Shown piece after piece: positions 50,051 through 60,543 of a stretch of DNA of 64,000 nt. The DNA is from Macrostomum lignano. Its lineage: Eukaryota. The notes below the pieces were generated by a model. The model did no database searches and was not told where the DNA came from. It was given only the letters and a program-made list of their open reading frames with translations. The position numbers and the translations under genes were made by a program. The stretch spans positions 1 to 64,000 of the forward strand of contig NIVC01004114.1 in the NCBI GenBank assembly GCA_002269645.1, given 5' to 3'. Every line of letters starts with the position of its first letter. The first letter of the stretch is position 1.

Positions 50051-51817
50051 TCAGGACAATGAGCCGAATAATTTAACAGTCAAGTAGGCTGCAAAACAGC
50101 CCAAAGCGGCGGCACTGGCCGCTAGAACTGCTGTTCTTTTCATTCCAATATCGATTAACCGTTCCAGTTCCAGCTGCTTTGCTGCCTCATCAACAGTAGG
50201 ACTATCTAATAGCGATGCCTCAGTACTGTTGCTATCTGTCCTAGCAACAGTAGAATTAGCATTTGCAGCGGTTGCTAACGACGCCAACAGGTTGTTAAGC
50301 TGATCGGCTTGTCCTCGCAACGCCTCTGCTAGTTTCTGATTTTCTTTTGCTTCGCGGAGTCGCAGCCAGCGATGCAGAGAAGCTGCACCAACCCCTAGCA
50401 ACGTCCCGGCAACCGAGCCGATCAGTGTCCAGTACTTGGTCCGGTCGCTGTGGGCTCGCTCCTGCTCGTGGCTGGCGCGGAATGCAGCTGACAGCTGGCT
50501 AAACTTCTTGCGCTCCTCGTGCTCGGCAGCCTGTCGGGCGTTGAAGTGCATGAGGTTAGCAGCTAAAGTACGTGAGGTTAGCAGCTAAAGTACATGAGGT
50601 TAGCAGCTAAAGTACATGAGGTTAGCAGCTAAAGTACATGAGGTTAGCAGCTAAAGTACATGAGGTTAGCAGCTAAAGTACATGAGGTTAGCAGCTAAAG
50701 TACATGAGGTTAGCAGCTAAAGTACGAGGTTAGCAGCTAAAGTACATGAGGTTAGCAGCTAAAGTACGAGGTTAGCAGCTAAAGTGCATGAGATTAGCAG
50801 CTAAAGTACGAGGTTAGCAGCTAAAGTACATGAGGTTAGCAGCCAAAGTACTGGAGTCTAGCAGCTAAAGTAAATGAGTCTGGCAGCCAAAGTACTGAGT
50901 CTTGCAGCCAAAGTAGAGTCTAGCAGCTAAAGTACACGAGGTTAGCAGCTAAAGTACATGAAATTAGTAGCTAAAGTACATAAGGAAATCCAATAAAGTA
51001 CAAGTCTAGCAGCCAAAGTACATGAGATTAGCAGTTAAAGTACACGAGGTTAGCAGCTTAAGTACTGAGTCTAGCAGCTAAAGTACATGAGTATAGCAGT
51101 TAAAATGCACGAGTCTAGCAGCTAAAGTACATGAAATTATTAGCTAAAGTACATGAGGTTATCAACTAAAGTACAAGTCTTGCAGCTAAAGTACGAGGCT
51201 AGCAGTAGCAGCTAAAGTACACGAGTCTAACAGACAAAGTATACGAGTCTAACAGCTAGAGTAAAAAATATATGAACCACAAAATAGTATATATAAATCA
51301 AACAATTAAAGCTAGCAAATACCTGAACTCGCTGAGTTAGACTCTGCTCAGATTTAATTAAATCGTGCTCTCGCAAAATCAATTGCAAATATTTATCTTC
51401 TCCTTTCTGATATTTGTCCATCTCTAATTCAAGCCTGTCGCGTTCCATGCTTAGCGCCTGCTGTTGCTGTTGCAGGGTCCGCCTGTGCTGTTGAGAGTCT
51501 AAGAATTTCTCCTCGGCATTGAGCACAGCTTGTTGAGCTCTACGAACATCGTCTAAACCAATTAGTGATTCGTACCAGCTAGCCAGGGAATTGAAGTATC
51601 TCAGCAGGGCGGAAGAAATGACATTAGTTTGTTGCTGCTGCTTAACTGGCTCCTTCTGCTGCTGCGTTTCTATGGAACTTGCCGATGAAGAATAGTAAGT
51701 CACGTGATGGCGCCGATAATAACAGTAATGATTATCAAGTCTGCCGAATTTTAACAGACCTCGATTCAATCGAACTGATTGAATAGCACAGACAGAAGAA
51801 AGACTGTAGGGTGCCAT
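50051..51817 (-). CDS. CCDC51: Coiled-coil domain-containing protein 51 (MITOK, mitochondrial K+ channel pore) homolog; 2 exons
   Basis: Exons 51323-51817 and 50051-50530, phase 0 (QRVQ|AAEHEERK). This aligns gap-free with CCDC51 as I recall it (GLNEVREAQ..., [33 protein letters not shown]). The N-terminus is presequence-like. Confidence 0.9.
50550..51260. repeat. Minisatellite, 22 bp unit (gaggttagcagctaaagtacat), CCDC51 intron
   Basis: Homogeneous near the acceptor and degenerate toward the donor. Confidence 0.95.
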
Positions 51818-51959
51818 TAAAAATAAATATTAATATAATGAAGTAATACGCCACAGCACTACTGCCAGTAGAAAGTAGAAGAGTCAAAAAATCTATATAA
51901 AACACATAATCATACAAATGATAGCACATACAGACGGCCTCTGACAGACTCAGGTGTCC

Positions 51960-52310
51960 TCAAGCACACTGGGGTGTTTTCTATCACACTGGAGTCTCTA
52001 ATATCCCACTGGGGTATCTTCTATCACACTAAGCTGTCCTCTATCACACTGGGGTGTCTTCTGGGCTGTCCACTATCCCACTGGGGTGTCCTCTGGTCTG
52101 TCCACTATCCCACTGGGCCCACTGGGGTGTCTTCTGGGCTGTCCACTCTCTCTATCACACTGGGGTGTCCTCTATCATACTGGGGTGTCTTCTGGGCTGT
52201 CCACTATCTCATTGAGATGTCCTCTATCACACTGGGGTGTCTACTATCACACTGGGGTGTCCACTATCACACTGAGGTGTCCACTATCACACTGGGTGTC
52301 CTTTAACATA
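51960..52310. repeat. Degenerate minisatellite, ~20 bp unit (cactggggtgtcctctatca), upstream of CCDC51
   Basis: Tandem copies. Confidence 0.85.
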
Positions 52311-53149
52311 GGGGGTGTTTTTAATACACTATAGTTTTCTTTATTTCAAAGGGATAGTTAAAAAGCGTAAATAACAGAGACAAATATATTTAACACAAAA
52401 CAAAGACAGAAGAAAAAATTTGGGTAGATTTTATTTGAAAAGATACTACTAAATGCCACCACTAAACGCGCAAACCATTTCACTTCTGGCGGTACAACAG
52501 CAAAAAAACCATGGTGCGAAAAAAATTTATGTATTATAAGAATGTTTTCATATTAAAAAAAGAAGCACAAACGGACAAAAAATTCTATTTGGAAGACAAA
52601 ACAACTGTCAGAACAATGGCAAAAGAAAGAAATTTAGAATTTTTGTTAAAAATTTAAAGCAGCAATGATATGGTTAATAGAATGGAAAAACTGGAGCTTG
52701 AATGAAGGCAAAATGAAGACAATCAGCGCACGATTCTGCTTTTTTTCAAAAACAAAAATAAGTTTAAATAACAAAAATTGTGTTTGTACTTATTAAAGCG
52801 CTATAAATACTACTTATAGCATTCAGATAAACTTGAATGCGCTACGCTTTTAATGCAATAAGGCAAGTATAGATATTATTCAAGTGTAGAAAGTTCAAAA
52901 CTTTAGAATGTAGTGCTATTAATAAAAAAGATTCTTCAAAATGCACTTTTAAACCTGTTATGCATGATTAAATCAACAATAAATCGACTACAATATTATT
53001 ACAGATTACTATAAAACTAGCAACAGAAAGTTTCCTTATGGAGTCCTTGGTCAAGGGCTGAATTAGCACGCGTATGTACGTGTATTTTTTGATAATTTTG
53101 CAAATCTGCACAGTGACTTAAGCGCTTAGGCAATTTTTTTAACTCCTTA

Positions 53150-53370
53150 TTGCACGCTTGTGTCAGTGTGTATCAATCAAACTTGCACGCTTGTGTCAGT
53201 GTGTATCAATCAAACTTGCACGCTTGTGTCAGTGTGTATCAATCAAACTTGCACGCTTGTGTCAGTGTGTATAAATCAAACTTGCACGCTTGTGTCAGTG
53301 TGTATAAATCAAACTTGCACGCTTGTGTCAGTGTGTGCCAATCAAACTTGCACGCTTGTGTTGTGCCAGT
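53150..53370. repeat. Tandem repeat, 33 bp unit (cacgcttgtgtcagtgtgtatcaatcaaacttg), about 6 copies
   Basis: Near-identical copies just 3' of the 458-aa ORF. Confidence 0.95.
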
Positions 53371-53495
53371 GTGTATCAAAAGTACTGACAATAGATTTTA
53401 AATTTTTATGAGCATATGTCGTGCGCGCTTTATAAGGCATCCCGTTATTGACATGTTTGTAACCCAATCCGACTTCATTGCCAGTTGATCATAGA

Positions 53496-54872
53496 TTATA
53501 AATCGGCTAATTCAAAACTGGCGCCAGCGGAGAGGCCGAAGAATTGCGATTTATCACCACCAATGTTATTATTATTATCGAAAAAGGAGTCGCCCAAAAT
53601 AGCTGGCACACTGCCAAGAGAGGAGGCACCAGCTGAAGAGTTTAAATTATCGTATTCGCTGCTCGGTTGGCAGACGCTCAATTCGACTAAGGAAAAGTCT
53701 GCCGCCTCACCCTGCTGGCAGGTGGGATACTGCGGCTCAATCTCGGCTGAAGGTTGAATAATTGTTTCAGCATTAGTTAGTTGCTGATTCGGCAACCACA
53801 CCTGTCGCCTATCAGCCTGTTGTTCCCCAGTCAAAAACATTGACTGTTCGTTAAAGAATACTTGCTGCTGGCTCAACTGTTCAGATCCATAGTAGCCAGC
53901 CACTAAACTAGAACTTTGACTGGTGCCGTAACCCGAATCGAGGCGGGCATCTATCTGGCATTGTTTCAGGTACTGCTGAGCCTGCTCCTCCTGCTGCTGC
54001 TGAGACGGCTGTGGCGATGGCTTAACCAGTAGTATTTCAGACGATCGATTAGCGTTAGTATTGAAATCTGGTTTCCAATCGTCTGTGCAAACAAAATTAG
54101 ATTGCTGATGAGGATGATGACGGCCCGGCTGACTAGCAGCGCCAGAATTATAGCTAGGCTGCTGATAAGTCACCGACTGCAGATTCAGCATTGAACAACT
54201 GGAGGACTGTTCGTTAGTAGTTAAGAATCCTGCCTGCTCGCAAGATACCAACAGTACGGGAAATTGTCCAATGATGTAATACTCCTGCTGTTGAAGTGGT
54301 GCGCAGCTGCTCTCTGCAGCAGTTTCTTTAACTAATTGGCAATCCGGACTAATAGCAGCGCTACACAATTCTTGATCGGCACTGTCGGTTAAATCAATCA
54401 CTGATTGGTTCAAGTCAATATTGGCACAGTCTTCGTCAACATGCTCAGCCTCGCCTTCAGCTGAATTAAAAGCGATATTGCCGCCTAGCTCTGATCGCCA
54501 AGTTCCTGAACTATAATTAACAAAATGCAACCGACGCCCACGACCTCTGCCGGAACTTTTGGTGAACCAGTAGCTACCATTGACACCACTATTAGCTGAT
54601 TGCTCCGGTGACTCAAACTCTAAACGTGACGTCAGGGCGCTGTACACAACAGGCGAAGGTGACGGTGTTGACAAAGCTGCACTATAATTCAAGCTTCTAG
54701 GGGTGACAGTGGAAGTTTTACTACCGCGACCTCCACGATGGCCACCTCGAGTGCTGCTGCCTTTGCTGGCAGGACTAGCTAGCATCATTTCTAGCCTAGG
54801 CAATGGTGCTGCATTGAACTGACTATCAATGGAAGATGCCCAGCTATAGTCTAGCTCCATTTCAGAAAACAT
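53496..54872 (-). CDS. Uncharacterised S/Q-rich protein, 458 aa, single large exon (may have upstream exons)
   Basis: 1.38 kb non-repetitive open frame with exon-like composition; RG motifs, SIM-like VIDLTDS; candidate acceptor AG just upstream. Confidence 0.7.
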   Translation of the reverse strand: MFSEMELDYSWASSIDSQFNAAPLPRLEMMLASPASKGSSTRGGHRGGRGSKTSTVTPRSLNYSAALSTPSPSPVVYSALTSRLEFESPEQSANSGVNGSYWFTKSSGRGRGRRLHFVNYSSGTWRSELGGNIAFNSAEGEAEHVDEDCANIDLNQSVIDLTDSADQELCSAAISPDCQLVKETAAESSCAPLQQQEYYIIGQFPVLLVSCEQAGFLTTNEQSSSCSMLNLQSVTYQQPSYNSGAASQPGRHHPHQQSNFVCTDDWKPDFNTNANRSSEILLVKPSPQPSQQQQEEQAQQYLKQCQIDARLDSGYGTSQSSSLVAGYYGSEQLSQQQVFFNEQSMFLTGEQQADRRQVWLPNQQLTNAETIIQPSAEIEPQYPTCQQGEAADFSLVELSVCQPSSEYDNLNSSAGASSLGSVPAILGDSFFDNNNNIGGDKSQFFGLSAGASFELADL

Positions 54873-57559
54873 ACTGCCGCGTATGCCTCTAATTAAGTGT
54901 CAGATAGACAGACAAGGCATGAAATGATGTAACATAACAAGTTTTTAAAGCTTTTTTGAATAGATTTGCATGAATAATTTTTGCTCCTTGCTTATTGGGC
55001 GCCCCGAAGGGGGAACTAGATTGCAGGTTAGCTACTATACTTAAAATGAGTAAAATCAGCAATATTGTAAATTAAAATAGCCAACACAAATGCATAATTT
55101 TAGCAACACATAGGGCCTATACATCTTACACTATTGTTACTATAACTTTTTAAAAGTACTTTATACTAGTTATTAAATTTATCGCAAGCTTGAAATAAAT
55201 ATGATAGTTCGCAGTGTTTCCTATAGCCAGCATTAGCAACCTAGCAACTAGAGTATGGTATATTAATCACTTGTTTTAGGCTTTTGAGAACCACATTTAG
55301 CTCTTCTTTAGCAAGCCAGACAGAAAATGGCAGGCTTAAACTGCCATTGTCTATTAACACTTTTTTTTGCTGCCATGCTTTCCACCAATAGCTTTTGTTT
55401 CATATTCCAACTACAATTGTTAGTGCTGATAGACTATTTTGTGATTGACTTGCAAATGCTAGATCTTAGCCCCAGACCACAGCCACCTGCCCCTCCTCTC
55501 TAGTTTGTGAGTGTCTATGTATAAGAGCTCATTAGCTTTTGCATGTTTATCTCGAATTGTTCATCCTATGGCCAGATTGTCTAGCATTGCCCATTGGAAA
55601 TCTACTTGAACTTGGTGCTATATTTTAATTTGCCTTGGCTTACTATAATCATTTGTCTCCATTTTGTGTACTACTTACTATTTTCGTCTCCATCGCTATC
55701 ATTCTAGCTTTTTCTGCCCATTATGTTATTTGTGCCTGCAACTTTTTCCTATATATTATTGCCCTTTTGTTCTACTTCCTAGCCTAGTACAATTCTCTGC
55801 TCTTATTGATTTAATTTGTATGAGTAACTTAAGTTATTATGTTACTTAGTACTCTTGTTACCTAAGTAGTAAAAGTAGGCTTTTTGCAATTAGAGTTTGA
55901 TGATTTTCTCAATTTGAAGATTTTAAACAGGTCAAAGAATGTTGGCAAGCATTTTCTCATTTATACAAGATACCATCTGTATAGACTCCCATTTTTCTCA
56001 AAATAACATAAGATCCTACTTAAAATAATATATAAAAACCTCAATTCATATTGGTTGGGTCTGCAATGTTTGCTTATGTTTGCCAGCTAACATTTGCTAG
56101 TTGATGTTTTCTAGCCAGACATTTGCCAGTTGGACATTTTCAAGTGGCAATTAGTTACAGAATTATGCCCTCTCTAGGCTTATATGTACTTGCCTTTGAC
56201 AACTGCAGACATAACACCAATCTAATACCACATTCTCTCTACTATTGCTAATAAATTAAAATATACAGGTTGCTAGCAAACTAATACTTACTAGAATGCT
56301 CTTTGTCTTCTTGATATTTTGGGTATATTTTAGTAATAGGTACCAAAGCAACTATTATAACCAAAACTGTCTAAACTAGTAATAACAAAAGATAGTAAGG
56401 TTTGCTAGCTAACAAAAAGTCAATCAGTGAAAAATTTTGATACTGAAATATTTGCAATTTAGTGGTTTGAAAAAAAAACTATTTTAGTCTACCTTTGATG
56501 GTTTATGATGCATAAAAGTTCTAAAACAAAATTTAGATAAATTATGCAGTCAACTAGTCTAACATCTAGCATCTAGTTTAACAAAGATTTCTTTGAATGA
56601 TAAAATATTACAAAGTTTACTTCTGACAGTTTTGTATGGCTTTTCCCAGTTTAAGCGCAAAAGAAGATATACCAATTACAAGGGAAATCTCTAGCAAGCC
56701 AAGTTTTGAAGCAAATAAAAGAGCTTGCTAAATGGTAATCTTGGCTTATAGATCAATATTTCTTAGTTCATTAGGAAATCCAAAAGTACATAAATAATTA
56801 TAATGCAGCTTGTCAAGTGCATGCTATCATGCTATCATGGCCAAACTTCATTAAGCAGAGTTTAAAACTGAACAAATTTTCAAAATAGCTTTTAGACACT
56901 TTAGATAAGTAAACATTACAAGTTATCTGATTGGTTGTTATTTTTGTCTTTTGATTAAAAAGGCTTGATTTTGGCGTAAGTGTATGTACTAGCCTGTACT
57001 CATTGTTTAGTGTACATAATATTTGCCTATTTCTGTATGCATAATAATATTGATAAATAATTTTGTATAGTTCTTACTATGATTTACATGCAAAAAATAG
57101 TTAAATAGTAGCCACATTAAACTTGTGCAAAAATAAGAAACCATTTTATTTTTGTTTTACTATATAAAACATTGGCAATAATTACTTTTTGTTATAAATG
57201 CATCCCTAGGACCCTATATATATAAGCAAATTTCACCCCAAATAAATCATTTTTTTATTCTTACCCACAAACTTGCATTCACATTCTTAGACCTTTAAAA
57301 ATCTTTGGAAAGGAGTTATCGAGTTAGTTATTCAGTTATAATTTCAAAGTGCTAAGAAATGTACTTAAGACATATAAGCATCCCCTGTGACAAATTGGTG
57401 GCATAACAGTAGAATTTATAAAGACAAAGGAAAACACCCCATTACAACTTGGTGTCAACAATGGGAATTTTAATAGAGAAGTTACCCCTGCAACATAAGA
57501 AGATGTTATATACCTTTACAAACATGCAAGCTAAGGCTGCTTCAACCTAGCATTTACTA

Positions 57560-58450
57560 GCAAATATCATTGCAGATCATGTTAGCTAAGCTGCCTAAAG
57601 CTGCTAGGGTTGCACTGCAAAAAAGGCATCAATGAAAATGATCCAAAATGTAAAAAAAACTACTTCGAAAGTGCCTGTTTAGCTAAACAATCTAATAGAC
57701 CCAGTGATTCCACCTGAATTTCATGAGCACATGGGTCAATCATTTTTATTCTTTGACTCTAAGCTAGGTATTAATTGAATTCTAGTATTTAGATACCAAG
57801 AAAATTTGTAGGCTCTACTAGAGGCAATCAACTTCTACTTAGATGGCACCTTTGATGCTTTGCTAACACTTTTTGCACAATTGCTAGCTATACATGTGGA
57901 GCATCATAGGTTTGTTTAGCCACTTATCTTTCCTTGCTCCCTGGCAAAACCTAAGACAGTTCCTACCATTTCTTGAGGTCCCACATCAACTAGCACCAAA
58001 CATTCAGCATTTTTATACGAGATTTTGATTTGAAAAAGTCCAGATAACTGCCATTTGGTAGATTTTCAACCTGGAACCAACAAGTTGTCTAATTTCATTT
58101 GGGCCAATACATCTATTACAAGGCCATGTCTAGTAGTCTTAAACAAAAATTAGAACAGGTTGATAGTTTTAACTGTCCTTGTGGCTACACAGCCTGATTG
58201 CTTTAGCATTTTTACTTATTGGAGCAATCATAGCCTCATTTGAGACATTTGTTGCACTTCCTTATTTTTTTACTTAGTTACAACTAATTCCTTTTTTTGA
58301 AAACATTTAGATTGGCAAAATACTTTAAGATGGAAATAAGTGGCTACCAATTTTCTCATTTCTATCTAGAATATATGGCAGAGGACTCTAGATAGCCAAC
58401 ACTGAGCCAATAACTCAGTTGAGGCTTAGTACCAACATTTTCAATCAGTT
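57560..58450 (+). pseudogene. Decayed MULE (Mutator-like) transposase
   Basis: Degenerate translation FYLDGTFDALLTLFAQLLAIH...PLIF..LLPGKT*DSSY, later DF....GC.FH-like, with many stops; partly duplicated at 60544-61170. Confidence 0.7.
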
Positions 58451-59688
58451 GCTACAATGCTTAAATCCAAATATTTTTTTTAATTGCTTCTGTGTCTGAT
58501 GGAGTAAGATTACCAAAACTGGCAAATCCAACTTAATATCAATTACAAGTACTATGCAACTTTTGTGCCATTGCAAATTCCAACTAACTAGTTGTGAAAT
58601 ATATTATTGTTTTCATATTGACTTGATTTCATGAGATACTTTGGGTATTAATTTAAATAGTTTTGATTACATGATAACAACAAAGGGATCACAATGACAG
58701 GGATCCCAATCTAATCAATCAGTTTCAATTTTAATCAATCTATTTCAATAAAAAAAATTAATTAATTAATTATTTATACAAAAAATTCAAATGTTATTGT
58801 TTTTTATTTTGTTTACAAACAAAATAAGTATATTTTACTTCTATATACTTTGTTATACTATATATGAATTGGGCCCTATATGAGCTATACAACTATAATA
58901 AACTTGTTAACACAGTTGACAAATAAAAAGTTAACTAGTTTACCCAGATCTACTACCAAAGTGTCTAATTGCTATAACTGCCAATTGCAATAATTGCTAA
59001 TGTCTTGTTACCAAAGTGAATAATAGTAATAGCTATATAGAAATAGAGGTATCTACACTTTTTGGTCCCTATGCTTTTTGGTGCCTAAATTATATAAATT
59101 AGAATTGAACACAAAAATATAGAAATTGAACCCTAATTTAACAATAAGTGCTATGTCTTGGCAATACTTGTTAACTTTAAAAAATTAAGTTTATTATTCA
59201 GTTTGTTAAGCTGAACTAGTTTTTAAATAAAAAAATGGTTTAGTTTCATTTAATTTTTTATCTTGATTTGATTTTTCAAGAAATAAAAAACTAAGATTAT
59301 GTGATTCAAGAAATCAATACAAAAATAGACTAGTCATATAGATTTCAATCAAAACTGATATATAGCATTGACAAGCATTTCGCTACCCATTAACACGCAC
59401 GCGGGATGCGTGCTATTGTCCATAGAAAAAAAACATTAGTTTAACGAGTTTTTAGATGACCCAAAATTAATTATTAGATGATTAATTTTTTATTTATACG
59501 GTTTATAATTGTAAATTATAGACAACAACTACTTATAGCATGAAAATGAGGGGGAAATGTCTAAAGCCATAGTTTCTCTCGAAGAATTAGTATTTTTGAT
59601 AGATACGCCCTACTCAAACACAGTGTTAATAAAATTGTTGTTGCCGTCAATGCAAACACGCATATTCTTGGTCGGACGTACAGGCCTC

Positions 59689-60249
59689 GATATGAACTGG
59701 CCGAGGAACCGGCTCGTCAATTGATTGTGGGGTGGCATTGCAACTGGTGATCCGTCATCACTTGCGTGCAGACAGTAGAACTGATAGAGCCGCTCGCATT
59801 AGCAGAGAAAGACGCCTCATTGGACGGCATTGTGCTTGTGCTTGGAATATGCCGGCTTAGTGCACAGTTCACTGCCTTGGAACTCCTGAACAGACTGTTG
59901 GTCCCGGCACCTGGTTAAATTACTTTTGACCGTCTTCTCACATTTCTGACCGGTAATAAGCATTATGTCTTGCAGCGAATGGCCAGCGGCGTCTAGATCG
60001 CACACTCTAGTGACTCTGTGGGAGAATCAAAGGAAAGTAATTTTACATGAACTAGTTAAAACTATTATTTATAAATATACTATTTATATACTATTTATAT
60101 ACCATATCGGAAAACGAAATTTACTTACCTAATACAGTGATTATTGTAGACCTTGCTTAGACCGCCCTCGCACTAAGTTTCTTCATAAATTCTTGAAGGA
60201 ATCGATATCCTCGAGTGGTCTTCTCGGAGAAACGGTACGGTTTTAAAGA
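59689..60249 (-). mobile_element. Crypton-like tyrosine recombinase remnant, copy 1 (cut by the gap)
   Basis: Near-identical to 62450-62981. Confidence 0.65.
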
Positions 60250-60543
60250 NNNNNNNNNNNNNNNNNNNNNNNNNNNNNNNNNNNNNNNNNNNNNNNNNNN
60301 NNNNNNNNNNNNNNNNNNNNNNNNNNNNNNNNNNNNNNNNNNNNNNNNNNNNNNNNNNNNNNNNNNNNNNNNNNNNNNNNNNNNNNNNNNNNNNNNNNNN
60401 NNNNNNNNNNNNNNNNNNNNNNNNNNNNNNNNNNNNNNNNNNNNNNNNNNNNNNNNNNNNNNNNNNNNNNNNNNNNNNNNNNNNNNNNNNNNNNNNNNNN
60501 NNNNNNNNNNNNNNNNNNNNNNNNNNNNNNNNNNNNNNNNNNN
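60250..60543. other. Assembly gap (N run)
   Basis: Run of N bases. Confidence 1.

Noticed and set aside
50531-50570. Repeat unit spanning the CCDC51 intron-exon junction (tttag|ctgctaacctcATGCAC)
   Set aside because: Wrong phase; homology to CCDC51 places the acceptor at 50531, so MHFNARQ is intronic
55002-55019. Helitron 3' end (ccccgaagggg hairpin + CTAG)
   Set aside because: Very short signal with no matching 5' TC end or internal homology that I can identify
57375-57475. LTR primer-binding-site-like motifs (tggtggca, tggtgtca); similar word at 22567
   Set aside because: Too short or degenerate, with no adjoining LTR or gag-pol sequence
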